From Octopus sinensis (Eukaryota): DNA of 64,000 nucleotides. The translations under genes were made by a program, and so were the position numbers. The notes beneath the pieces are model-generated. The model saw only the letters and a list, made by a program, of their open reading frames with translations, ran no database searches and had not been told where the DNA came from. Of the stretch, positions 23,784-35,780 are shown piece after piece (position 1 is the first letter of the stretch; every line of letters begins with the position of its first letter). The stretch covers positions 16,740,001-16,804,000 of the forward strand of contig NC_043005.1 of assembly GCF_006345805.1 (NCBI RefSeq), written 5' to 3'.

Positions 23784-23885
23784 AAACCAGGAATTACGTT
23801 GTCAGAACAAAACAAAACAGGTTAAACTTTTGAATAATCCGTAACAAGAAAATTCATCTTTCCATTTCAACAAATATATATATAT

Positions 23886-24173
23886 TGCACGTAAAAGCAC
23901 CATCCGTTCGTGTCCGTTGCCAGCATCGCCTGGCCCCGTGCCGGTGACACGTAAAAGCACCATCCGTTCGTGGCCGTTCGCCAGCTCTGTCTGGCACCTG
24001 TGCAGGTGGCACGTAAAAAACACCCACTACACTCGCGGAGTGGTTGGCGTTAGGAAGGGCATCCAGCCGTAGAAACACTGCCAGATCTGACTGGGCCTGA
24101 CGAAGCCTTCCAGCTTCACAGACCCCAGTTGACCCGTCCAACCCATGCTAGCATGGAAAACGGACGCTAAACG

Positions 24174-24174
<1 letters not shown>
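23886..24174 (+). mobile_element. Family B, CpG-intact copy
   Basis: Three GCACGTAAAAGCACC units, RTE-like tail, ends GGACGCTAAACGA. Confidence 0.85.
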
Positions 24175-24214
<40 letters not shown>

Positions 24215-24221
<7 letters not shown>

Positions 24222-24735
24222 AAACTCTAGTTGTGTGAGTGTCTGTCCCCTTCGATTTAGATTCCTAACACCTCCCACATTTTGCGGTGCAGTTTAACCA
24301 AATTCGGGTATCTTATAGTCGTGATTAATATCGAGCCCGTCTGGCTATTAGCGCGCGTCAACGATGAGTCTACGATTTTAAAAATAATTTAACATCATTT
24401 TTTATTCCATTTTAATGCATAATTTTTCGTGTGTCGATGGCGGCGGAGTTGGCGTCCACGCTCAAACACCTGTACCTGTGTTTGCTTCTCCCCTCCCTCG
24501 TGAAGCTGTGGGGAAGGGAGTATAAGGAAATCAACGTCGTAAAGCGTTGTCAAGGAGACCAGCGTTCTTCTAGAACAACGACTTCATGGCTTGAAGACAC
24601 TGAGTCAACGATTTAAAAAAAAATTATCATCATTTTTTATTCCATTTTTAATGCATTTTTTTGCTATAACTCTCTAAAAATGCTTATATAGTTATTTCCC
24701 TTACAAACCCGAGCAACGCCGGGCGATACTGCTAG
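24215..24735 (+). mobile_element. Non-autonomous Helitron D1 variant with extra internal segment
   Basis: D1 body, duplicated GAGTC(T/A)ACGATTT-AAAAA-ATCAT block around a GC-rich insert, 3' CCCGAGCAACGCCGGGCGATACTGCTAG|T. Confidence 0.8.
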
Positions 24736-25044
24736 TATATATATATATTTATATATATATATTTCGTTTTGGGATTTAGTTTGCAAGATTCTTTATGTGA
24801 ATTTGTGTGTTGAAGCATATTCTGTTGTGTCTGGGGAGAGTCATTTTCTTTTTGTGCCTTATAATTTAACACACTCACTGGTAAAATTTCCACTTATTTT
24901 TATTTTCCTAAAATTTTCGTTGAGTCTTGCAACCTTTTCAATAGTCTTGACTCTGTCCGTTATTTACACTGTGTTCCTTTTTGTTCTTTTTTTAACAAAA
25001 AGTAATGCAGTGTAAATAATACACACATACACACACACATAAGG

Positions 25045-25378
25045 ATCTTTTCACTTCTAGCCCAGACTGACAAAAGCCTTGTCAATGGATTTGATAGATG
25101 CAAACTGAAAGAAGCCTGCCACATGTACGTGTGTGTGTGTGTGTATGTATGTATGTGTGTGTGTGTGTGCATATATGCATGCACATGTATCTCTGTATTT
25201 GTGTTTGTCCCCACAGCTGCTTGACAACCAGTGTTGGTATGTTTATGTCCCTGTAACTTAGTAGTTTGACAAAAGAGACTAATATGATAAACACTAGCCT
25301 TAAAAACATAAGTATTGGAGTCTATTTCAGGGCAGTTCTCCAGCATGGCTGCTGTCCAATGACTGAAACAAGAATAGG
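25045..25378 (+). mobile_element. SINE family A, degenerate, 5'-truncated
   Basis: CAAAAGCCTTGTCAATGGATTTG ... CCAGCATGGCTGCTGTCCAATGACTGAAAC. Confidence 0.8.
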
Positions 25379-25420
25379 ACAGAAGACAGGTACGTTTTCT
25401 TAGGCAGAATGAACATAATT

Positions 25421-25794
25421 TCTATATATATAAACTGCAAAATGTCTGTCTGTGTGTGTGTGTGTGTCCTTTATACAAATGCACAATTTTTCAGTTAGCG
25501 GGCTTGCACTTTCTATGGTCATTCAAAACCGTCCAAGGGTGGTGGTCGTGCACATCTTTACATTTCCCAGTCACCCCGCAAAGCCATTAAAAAATCAATA
25601 GAAGTGACGTTTTTGTGAATTTTCTATCCAAAACTCAATCAAAATGCCCAAAACTTGATACATCAATTGAATGCCAGCTAGCTGTATGTGATTGGTCAGA
25701 GATTTGGACAGTACTCGCGTGTATGTGCGCACGCATGCAGCTGTATATGCATGCACTAGCACTATGACCTAGCAATGCCGAGTCATAGTGCTAG
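25421..25794 (+). mobile_element. Non-autonomous Helitron, family D3
   Basis: 5' TCTATATATATAAAC; 3' hairpin GCACTATGAC...GTCATAGTGC ending CTAG|T. Confidence 0.75.
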
Positions 25795-25834
25795 TACAGT
25801 ATATATCAAAGCTGGTCTTTTGAATCACAGGTAC

Positions 25835-26380
25835 AATTGCTCTAATGAGGTTTGGTTTGATGCAAGATCATGAGAATGGTATGAGACTTAGTGTGCTTGA
25901 GGTGAGGGGAAGAATGGCGGAGATAAGAGTGGGAGTCGTAGGTATATAGTGGACAGAGATGGACAGGTAGATATTGCTGATAGTGAGGGAGAGGCAAGAC
26001 AATTAACAGGGGCATCAGATACTGTACAGGTGGTAAATTCAAAGGTAATGTGAAAAGAGTGAATAAAAGAGATGAATTTATCGAGCTGTTGTCTGGTAAG
26101 AGAGGGTGATGACCCTGACACAGTTGTCAATGTAATGACTGTACGGCTGTGGTGAGGGTCCTGTGAATTGAACAAAGATTTGCTCCTCAATGAAGGTTAC
26201 TTTATGGATAGGGTGCTTTGCAGTATTAGCTTCAGCTCCTTTTATGCTGAGGTGAAATCCTGCTCTATTTGAAGGGAAGACTTAATGCATCTCCTGGTTT
26301 AACACCAACACTTGATCCTAGAGTTTCTTTAGTGGAGTCCAGTCCGTTGCAAGCATTTGGGACAGGCCACTGGTTTGAAT
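25835..26380 (-). mobile_element. Penelope-like element reverse transcriptase relic
   Basis: Frameshifted peptides YSHYIDNCVR (YxRYIDD motif), QLDKFISFIHSFHITFEFT, DSHSYLRHSSPHLKHTKS. Confidence 0.75.
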
Positions 26381-26615
26381 ATACCATATTTTTTTGGCAT
26401 AAAAGATGCACAGACATATTAGATGTACCCCAATTTCAGCAGCACATGTTCAAGAAAAATTGTTTTTAGTGCATTAGAACTTCTGGAAGGCTCAACTTCT
26501 TATATAGGACTTGAGGTGATTTTTTGAAACATTCTATTTTTAAAAAAGTTTGTCTTACCTACCATCAAATACAGTAATTTCCTCTCTCCTTCCCTCTTTC
26601 CAACCACACTTAGAC

Positions 26616-27043
26616 ATAGCACTGCATTAAGACCCATCAAGGCCCTAAGCACTTAAAAGATTTTGGTACCCCCATAAAAGATTATGTAATGCAAAATATA
26701 AACAATAACAAAACATAAAATAAATTTTTACTTTTCAAAATAAAACAAAACAGTAAGAAAGAAAACAATGTTTATTTTTGTATATAATTCCACTTTATTT
26801 ATATTTGAAAAGTTTCCTCCTACTTTTTTGAATTGCAAAGTCTTTGATCAGATCCTCAAAATTAATCTTAGGTAACACATCTGCATCTATACTCAGTAGA
26901 GATAAAGGCATCCCAGATATTATTTAGCAAGTTTAAAGTGATTTCTTTTGTGGCGTAAACCATTTACTATTTCTGTGGTGCCCCATCCTTCCCTTGATAC
27001 CCTAAGCATGTGCTTATTTTGCTTAATGGTTAATCCAGCACTG
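26616..27043 (-). mobile_element. hAT deletion derivative retaining the dimerisation-domain end
   Basis: 26808-26905 minus reads LSLLSIDADVLPKINFEDLIKDFAIQKSRRKLF; TIR-like end CAGTGCTGGATTAAC at the right side. Confidence 0.7.
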
Positions 27044-27133
27044 CCTAGATGCTCTGGAAAGGGTTGTTGACACCCACCCGCACCATGACTGAGCAATAAA
27101 CCTAGAGCTACCACTTCATTATGGTGGAAGAAA

Positions 27134-27685
27134 CTGAACATTTTATTCATCTGTCTTTACGTTTTGAGTTCAAATTCTGCCGAGGTCAACTTTGCCTTTC
27201 ATCCTTTCAGGGTCGACAAATCAAGTACCAGTTATGTACTGGGGTTGATCTAATCGACTGGTCTCCTCCCCACAAAAAAATTCAGGCCTTGTACCTAGAG
27301 TAGAAAAGAGTAGCTGAACATTTTATTCATGTCTTTTATGTTCTGAGCTCAAATTCTGTCGAGGTCAACTTCGTCTTTCATCCTTTCAGGGTCGATAAAT
27401 CAAGTACCAGTTATGTACTGGGGTTGATCTAATCGACTGGTCTCCTCCCCACAAAAAATTTCAGGCCTTGTACCTAGAGTAGAAAAGAGTAGCTGAACAT
27501 TTTATTCATCTGTCTTTTATGTTCTGAGCTCAAATTCTGTTGAGGTCAACTTCGTCTTTCATCCTTTCAGGGTCGATAAATCAAGTACCAGTTATGTACT
27601 GGGGTTGATTTAATCGACTGGTCTCCTCCCCACAAAAAATTTCAGGCCTTGTACCTAGAATAGAAAAGAGTAACTGAACATTTTA
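27134..27685 (+). repeat. Three tandem ~180 bp copies of a headless SINE C body
   Basis: Units start CTGAACATTTTA at 27134, 27314, 27493; a fourth start is at 27674. Confidence 0.95.
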
Positions 27686-28524
27686 TGGACATATGTAAAG
27701 CATAACGTGAACACAGAGCAGAATAAGTGTGACATAGTTTGTGATTTGGGTAGGCTTTCGATTCTCTTATAAAACAGTGGAATCCAAGAGAACAAGAGAT
27801 GTTCCGCTTCGGCAAATAGTAAAAGAAATAATTCAAAGAGCAGAATAACATCTTAAGATGTAAAAAAACAAAAGACGTTTAAGGCTTCGGACAGGAGATC
27901 TCGTTGGAGCGAAAAGAAATGCTAAGTGGTGTGGAAGAATAAATAATATGGGAAAAAGTAAGTGTGAAGGAGAAGCCATCATAACATTGAACAATAAGGG
28001 AGTAGGAGTTAGAAATATGAAGCGTAGAGAAGGAGAGAGGGAGGGAGATAGAGCAATGGTCAGATGAAAGAGAACTCCTCCTCCTCCTCTCTCTCAACAT
28101 TTTTTTCAAATTTCGTAACATACCTTGTATGCTCTGACTGTAGCTCCTCCTCCCTTTACCAACTTGCTGCCAATCACTCCTTCTTCTTCCTCCTCCTCCC
28201 CCTCTTTTATTATTCTTCACTTTTATGATAATTTTTCCACAGTCTCATTCTCTATATGTTAATACCAACGGATACTGTTGATACTCCATCTCCACCACCA
28301 TCACCAGTGTAAGCTTCATATCCAAATGGTTAGCCTTCTCCTCTTCTTTGTCGCATAAAATTCATTCCATTGTTCAAGTATTTGTATTATTTCTACTTTC
28401 AACAACTATTTTTTTTACTACAATGTCTTAAACAACCTAAGGTTATCACAGATAACTATTGTACAAGGTGTCAACAACATTCACCTTTGACTGCTAAAGA
28501 AACCAATGTCATTACCACACAACC

Positions 28525-28579
<55 letters not shown>

Positions 28580-28613
28580 CACACACACATACACACACAC
28601 ACACACACATATA

Positions 28614-28658
<45 letters not shown>

Positions 28659-29205
28659 GTATATATATGTATATATGTATAATATATTAATAAATAAAAC
28701 ATGCATATGTATATACATATATGTACGTACCTACCACTACATGTATATATACACGCATATATGAGTACAGGACACCAAAAAACGTCGAACATAATGAGAA
28801 ACGAAAACATAGACACAAACCCAAGGAACTGGACATTTTTCTTAAACAACAAAAAAATAGAGTACAGGACAAATAACACAAGGAAAAAACCCCTTCTTCA
28901 GTCGCCATGGTTTCATCTACTCTATGTTTTGAAGGTGAAGGCGAGACGTATCTTCGATAGAAACTTTCCTTCCTGCGAAAAGCAAATCAAATAAAATTTG
29001 AGATCTTTTTGCAGAGGGGTAAAAATGGTAACAAAAACAGAACAGTAACGACAGTACAAAATATAAGCAGTAAAAGACAGGACAAGGAAAATAATAAGAC
29101 AAGAAGGGCTGTTAAGCCGAACGAAAAAAAAGTATTATGAATGCTATTACTGTGAACGGCAAAGGGAGCAAAGAAAATTGCCATCCACACCTCAAGAAGG
29201 TCAGC

Positions 29206-29319
<114 letters not shown>

Positions 29320-29394
29320 ATGAGACTGCGTGTGTACCGTTGGCGATTTTTTCAGCTTTATTTATTTTTTACATTAATCTTAATCTTATTTCAG

Positions 29395-29434
29395 CCAGAG
29401 TGCTTTCGTCACACTTCTGTGACCTCATCAGTGG
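29395..29434 (-). ncRNA. Minimal type I hammerhead ribozyme motif, canonical core
   Basis: Minus strand CCA-CTGATGA-G-GTCACA(GAAG)TGTGAC-GAAA-GCAC-TC|TGG: perfect core, 6 bp stem II, 3 bp stem I, CUC site. Confidence 0.75.
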
Positions 29435-29735
29435 TCCTTTGCTTTCTTCTTTCTTATTTGTGTGTCTTTCCTTACTAATGATCAGCCATTTTGTCAAATT
29501 TTTGCATTATTTTATTTATTGTACTAACTAATTATGTACTACTATTATTTATTCTTTTATAACCTATTTTCAAATTTCTGATTATTAATTAATAATTAAG
29601 AAAATAAATTTTTTTAAAGTGCAAAAATACTTTGAGTTATTTTTAATTTTTAATAGAAGTAACAAGTAATAACAAATACAAGTAATAACTTGTAATAAAA
29701 TTTTTAGTCTTAATAAAAGCTAATATTTTCTAAAT

Positions 29736-29832
29736 CTGATATACCCTCCAGCCTTCATCAGGTATCTTGGGCATATGGTGTAGTAGCTAAGAGCACTAAC
29801 CCCAAGATTCCAAGTTCAATTCCAAGCTGTGA

Positions 29833-29898
<66 letters not shown>

Positions 29899-30015
29899 CA
29901 TCAAAAAACACCTTAGAAATGAGAACCCAGGTTCGAAATTTCCCCAAGACAGCTGATGAAGGCTGAAATGTTGTGTTAACAACAAACAAGGTGAGGACAA
30001 ATATCTGTTGAATGT
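29736..30015 (+). mobile_element. tRNA-headed element with (AAT)n spacer and hammerhead-bearing 3' part, preceded by an inverted partial copy of that part
   Basis: A-box TGGTGTAGTAGC 29777-29788, B-box AGTTCAATTCC 29813-29823, (AAT)n 29838-29893, CTGATGAAGGCTGAAATGTTGTGT 29953-29976; 29736-29770 is the reverse complement of CCAAGATACCTGATGAAGGCTGGAGGGTATATCAG. Confidence 0.75.
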
Positions 30016-30021
30016 AAATAA

Positions 30022-30258
30022 TGTAAAAAGCACCATTTGAGCATGGCCGTTGCCAGTACCACCTGACTGGCCTTCATGCCGGTGGCACGTAAAAGCTCCC
30101 ACTACACTCTCGGAGTGGTTGGCGTTAGGAAAGGCATCCAGCTGTAGAAACTGCCAAATCAGATTGGAGTCTGGTGCAGCTATCTAGTTCGCCAGACCTC
30201 AGTCAAATCATCCAACCCATGCTAGCATGGAAAGCGAACGTTAAACGATGATGATGAT
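30022..30258 (+). mobile_element. Family B
   Basis: RTE-like tail ending GCGAACGTTAAACGATGATGATGATGA. Confidence 0.85.
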
Positions 30259-30289
30259 GAATTCCTCATCTCTTAAATATAGAACATTG

Positions 30290-30670
30290 TGGAAAGTTCT
30301 GAGAATCATATCATCTGTATCCTTGTGTTATATCCCAAAGTTATACATTCCTTTTTAATGGATTCCATCATAAGAAATATTTTTCATCCATCCCTATGTA
30401 ATTGTAGCATTTTTCATTCAATACTGGAGAAATAATCAAGCCATAGGTAGCAATGTTGCTAGATGGTCTTGTAGTTTTCTTTTGCTTTACACCTGTTTAA
30501 GAACATTTATTCTGGCCAAATTCCATCCCTGGTTCATTTGAGAATGTCATAATGGAGCCAAGGCTTTTCTTCATACCATTCATATTTTTGGCACATATAT
30601 AGATCATCCATATGGAAGCAATGTGTCAAATTGGTGTTTCAGTATTCTTGTGAGCCAATAGCATTTCCTT
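30290..30670 (-). mobile_element. R4/Dong-like LINE reverse transcriptase relic
   Basis: LTHCFHMDDL, frameshift, AKNMNGMKKSLGSIMTFSNEPGMEFGQNKC, matching the HLLxMDDLKLYAKN...FSxDIGMxFGxxKC pattern. Confidence 0.65.
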
Positions 30671-31144
30671 CAGACTTTCTTAACAAAAGAGACAGAAGGC
30701 TTACTGAAAGTAGGAATAGTTTCAGTGGCAGAAAGACAAAGAGAAACTGACAAAAGAAAAAAGATAAAAAAATTAAAACAGGAAATTCCAGTGAAAACAG
30801 CCACATAGAGGTGGTCTACATACTCTCCATTGACTGACGGGAGAGTGAATATGAGGATAGGCATGTGTATGTGTGTGTGTGCATATGGACATAGAAATGA
30901 ACCTATCTATTATGTTATATCGTGAATACATCTATGCACATATGTGTTACAAAGACAAGTAGCACCTTAAAAGGCAGGATGAGAAACCATACAAACTGCA
31001 AGAAAGTTGTCAAAATTTCTGTGATAGCAATCTGCTTGTGTTAGAAATCTTTCTGCCAAAATTAAATTGACCAAAAAAGTTTTGCTTGTACGATCAGAAT
31101 TAGATGTCATCAACTGTTTGATCCTTATATGAGTCTTTCTCTGT

Positions 31145-31483
31145 GAAGACGCATGGCTCAGTGGTTAGAGCATAGAGCTTAAGATCGTGAGGTTGTCAGT
31201 TCGATTCCCGGACTGGGCTGTGTGTTGTGTTCTTGAGCAAGACACTTTATTTCATGTTGCTCCAATTCACTCAGCTGTAGAAATAAGTTGCGATATCACT
31301 GGTGCCAAGCTGTATCGGCCCCTTTGCCTTTCCCTTGGATAACATCAGTGGTGTGGAGAGGGGAGGCTGGTATGCATGGGCGACTGCTGGTCTTCCATAA
31401 ACAATCTTGCCCTGACTTGTGCCTTGAAGAGCAACTTTCTAGGTGCAGTCCCATGGTCATTCATGACTGAAGGGGGTCTCCTC
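31145..31483 (+). mobile_element. SINE family F, full length
   Basis: GAAGACGCATGGCTCAGTGGTTAGAGC head, AGTTCGATTCCC B-box, CTTGAGCAAGACAC centre. Confidence 0.85.
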
Positions 31484-32190
31484 TATATGAGCCTTTCTTT
31501 AATTTATTTTTATTATACAGAACCAAGAGTAATTCATTTTGTTCTCATTATTGAAGGTCATAGATGGTTGCCTAAGGAATATCTTGGCTGAGAATCTCAG
31601 CAGAAGATTGCATTAAAGCCACAGTTGAAATTCCTTATCAGTCATGGACTATACAGTATTTTCAATGAGAATCAGTACTTGGTTGTGTAGGGCAATTTTA
31701 GCAGAAGAACGAATACAATATTTTATGGATGCCTCCCTTGCTGGCATCATATTGGCAGCATTATCATATGGGTAAACATCAAAAATGTTTTCTTTACCAG
31801 CAGCTGGGGGACCTGAGTTTTGTATAGACCATCATAGGATATAAATAAAGGTCAGACTGCAATTGTTTCCTTTAAGAAGCTCAAGAACATCAAACTTGAA
31901 GGGGTTCAATTGCTGCAAACCCGACAGTCCTAATATATCGTCTTTTTACTATGAAAGCTTCAGAGGCATTCATTACCCCCACGTGTTGGCATGGATTCCA
32001 TATGACTCTTATTAAGTTCCACAACCTGTAGTAATTGTACCGAATCTATCAGATTCATGACAAAAAGAATAATTCCAGATTTTTTCGATACAAAACTATT
32101 GTACAATCAGTAGGGTCATAAATGGTGTACATAAGTCCCACTCTGGAGTATTTCTCGCTAAACACTACATATAATAATAATAATTTTTTA

Positions 32191-32438
32191 GGCAGTCCAG
32201 AAAAATAGGACGAATGCTGCCATTGATTAGCTCCAAGAGGCCATCGCCTCTAGCTAGCTATGTAACACATGAACCTGATAAGGGGCAAATACCCTGAAAC
32301 TAGCCTGTAGATGCCAGACCAGCAAGGGGAAGCGGCTGACTTCCCCTGTTCGAAGGTTATTGTTCGAAGGTTATAGCTAGAGGTGATGGCCTCTTGGAGC
32401 TAATCAACAGCAGCATTTGTCCTATTTTCTGGACTGCC
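32191..32438. repeat. ~65 bp inverted repeat enclosing a degenerate hammerhead-like motif
   Basis: Arms 32191-32256 and 32374-32438; loop has CTGATAA-GGGG(CAAATA)CCCT-GAAA-CTAG-CC at 32275-32305. Confidence 0.8.
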
Positions 32439-32559
32439 ATGTTAGCTTGGCAATAACTATTAACATCCAGTACCACTGCTGTAGTCTCCTTTAGAGAGAC
32501 TTGGAAATATTAATATTTCAGTCTTTAAAAAGCTGTATCATAATCTTTTGGATTGAAGC

Positions 32560-32950
32560 TTAATCCAAAACCTTCGTACTCTGATAAATGAATGATGGAT
32601 TTCAAAAACTCAAGAAGTCCAGATGCATGTAAATAGGCATGACATGTACAAGTTCTATGATGCAATAAGGATATTCTATAATTCTGATAATCGTTCAATG
32701 TCACCTGTTAAGACATTGAATGGTAAATCTCTACTGAAAGAGCCGTCAGCAATTGGAGGAGATTCTTTCTATCAACCTCTAAACCAGTCTAAGCCAATGG
32801 ATCCAGGTTAGGGGTAAATTTTGATAAACGTCAGTCACCCACCAACATAAGCTGCTATGGCAGTTGTTTTCAACTCCTTTTCCGATCTCATGTAAATCAC
32901 GAGTTTATCATGTATGCAGATCCCATTTTAGCAAATCAAAAATTTTTGTT
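32560..32950 (+). mobile_element. RTE-clade LINE relic, endonuclease-RT linker
   Basis: RHDMYKFYDAIRIFY...SPVKTLNGKSLLKEPSAI, then EFIMYAD. Confidence 0.6.
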
Positions 32951-33309
32951 CACGTGATTAGTTCTGGAACCGTCCTTCAACAATGGTCTTAAATACAAAG
33001 ACCTTTAGCGCGGAAGGGCAGAGAGAATTTGACTTTTGTTGAATTGGTCTTGGATAAATTTTCTTTCTCATAACTGTTTTCACAGCTTCATGCTCAAACT
33101 AGCACAATTCTCTTAATAGTTGTTTTCACAGCTCTACACCCAACCCAGAGAACCATACATAATTGCAGCAATATGAAAAATCAGCCTACTTATCATTTAT
33201 CTGTCAAAGAGCTCCAGCACCCGTAAAGCATGATATTCATATAAAATTGACTCTGAACCGCATGAAACCTTGTAATAACATAGCAATAAATTATGTATTT
33301 AAACTGACA

Positions 33310-34800
33310 ACATATCTTTTGTCATAACCCACACTACCCTGCTAAACTTTGCTGAAGTTGGGACTGCCATCAAAGCATTAAGAATTAGGGAATTTCCTAG
33401 ACCGGACAATATTTCAGCAGAGATTCTGAAATACAGTAGTTACCATTGCACAAGTATAATTCATGGTAATATCACAGAAATAGTGGACCAGGAGTATTTA
33501 CCTAAACATTGGAAAGATGTTAGCAACATCACCATCATCTAGAAAAAAAAAAAGAATAGAAGGAAAAATCTGTTAGAGATATAGCATTCTTGCTTAGTGC
33601 CGAGATGGCCCTAGCCAAAAATCATGTTCTAAAGAATGACCTAAGCAATATCAGAGAACCCAAGTCATGGAGCAACTTCTGTAGGGTCTGAGGCTCAGTT
33701 AATATGATCTTTGTCCCAATGTAGCTTTAAAAGAAATGCAGAAAACAGCATCAGGTCCTGTTCTTTGCATCTGTGGATCCTCCAAAACCGTCTAACACAT
33801 TAAACAAAAATTCTGTGGAATGTTCTCAGAAAGTTTAGTTGCCTGCCTTAATTCATGAATCTTCTTCATTAAGCTCCACAATGGATCGAATCAAGTTGTT
33901 GGAAAATAAATCTGAGTTCTTCAGTGTAAAAGTGTGCCTCCACCAGGCTCAGATTTTCTCTTTTTCTTTTTTAAGGAAATGGTCTTTGAATCACAGTATG
34001 CTCACACTCCAAAAGCCCTACGGATCATCCTCAACCAGAAAACGGCAACTAATTGTCAGTGGCACTGCTCTTCCCTCTTTCTCAGTATCAAAATGGCAAC
34101 TAGCAACACTCACCCAATATAGATACTCAGGCATAATTTCCAAAGAAATCTGCACTGGATGGGTGATTCTAAACTTCCTCAGACAAAAGTCTGGTTCGTT
34201 AGAATCTGGGGAAGTTTTTCGAAACAACCATCTCAACCTCTGTGCCAATGTCCCGGTTACTGAGCAGTATGTGTGGAGTAGAAGACACGGACTATATACA
34301 ACTGACACATTTAGATTCTGGAAGCCTTTAACATCCATTATCTCTAACAGTTCCCTTTTACTGTTTTAACGCCTGGGCGTTTTAACAGAAATATAGGCTT
34401 CCGGGTAAAACAATGCACGGAAGTCCTCATAATAAATAGATAAGACCAACATAAATAGATTAACATTAGCCTCCAAGACCCGTAGTACTCCTGGCACTGA
34501 CTGGCATGATAAGGCTATGCATGCAGAAATCCCCTGTTCAACCAACACCAGTAGCATTGAATCCATACAATACAGGTATCAGCTGAGGTGGTTGGGAAAT
34601 GTAGTCTGACCCGCATCTTACGCGTAGGATCATTTATGACCAGCAACACAATAGTCAACACCTGACTGAGAGGACCAAACAGTTCAAAGGTCAGTTGAAG
34701 ACCACTTCGAAGAGGCGCAACTTCAGGCTTCCAAGAATGTGAGAACATAACTATCCGCTGTTCCCAACTGGTGGTGTTACCGCTGAAGGAGTACTGAAAA
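33310..34800 (+). mobile_element. RTE-clade LINE relic, RT and C-terminal region
   Basis: Colinear broken motifs EVGTAIKAL..PDNISAEILK, HWKDV, NMIFV..KKCRKQ..FASVD, QLATLTQYRYSGII, FRNNHLNL, DWHDK..SIESIQYRYQLRWLGNV, QFKGQLKTT. Confidence 0.8.
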
Positions 34801-34999
34801 CAGGGAGAAACACATTCAGTACTACCAAGTGGTGTGAGTAAAAGGACAACGTATTTACAAAGTAAAACATGGTTTCTTCAAATAATTTGAACTTCACGTG
34901 TCCATCTTCACTTTGTACATCAAAGATTGGGTTGTAAATTTGTGATAAGATTCACAAATAGAGATGATAGATCAACAAGCGGTGAATTGAGAAAGAGAG

Positions 35000-35780
35000 G
35001 CTCGACTGAGATACAAATGAGTTGGTAGCACAGAGAAAGATGTGTGAGAGATAAAAAAAGAAAGAGAGAGAATATAGAGTGGAAAAGTTAAGAGTTAGTG
35101 TGTATGCATGAGAAGATTGAGCGCAAAAAAAAAAGATGGTTAGGGTATGTGAAAGAGAAGAATATAATAGAACGTAGAATGGAGAGAAGAAAAAATGATG
35201 GGAAAAAGAGAAAATATAGCAAAAGAGAGTAGGTTTAACTGAGAGATAAGCGTGTGAAAAAGAAAATAGAGGCTAGAATGGAAGGGTTGAAAGTTATAAT
35301 TAAAGAGAGAGTGGGGAGGAGAAAAGGTAAGAAATAACGCAGAAGAGACAAGAAATAAGGTATAATACAGAAAGTAGACATAATATAGAGAGGGGAAAGA
35401 AGAGCAAGTCTGGAAGGTTATAATTAGAGAATTGAGGAGAATTGTAAAGGAAAGAGGGAGAGAGAGGGAGGGTAAAAGTAGAAGACATCAGAGAGAGAAA
35501 GAAAGGTAAAAGAGGGGGAGAATGGGACATAATACAGAGAGGAGAGAATAGAGAAAACATATGTGGAAGGGAGAAAAAAGAGAGAGATATACACAATATA
35601 GATAAAGCAGGGGAGAGAAAACATAAGAGTGATAGATATATAAGATAGAGAGAGCGACGGTATAGAAAGAGGTGGCGGAGAAAAAGGTATGAGAACGCAT
35701 GCGCGAGGTGACTGCTCTTCTTTAAGACAATCCAGATAAAAGTGAAGAAAGAAGTTAAGGGGGTGTCAGGCATGAGAGAA
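35000..35780. repeat. Long A/G-rich low-complexity tract
   Basis: Purine-skewed sequence without a fixed unit. Confidence 0.8.

Noticed and set aside
31530-32160. Possible upstream continuation of the R4-like RT relic
   Set aside because: I could not read diagnostic RT motifs reliably by eye.
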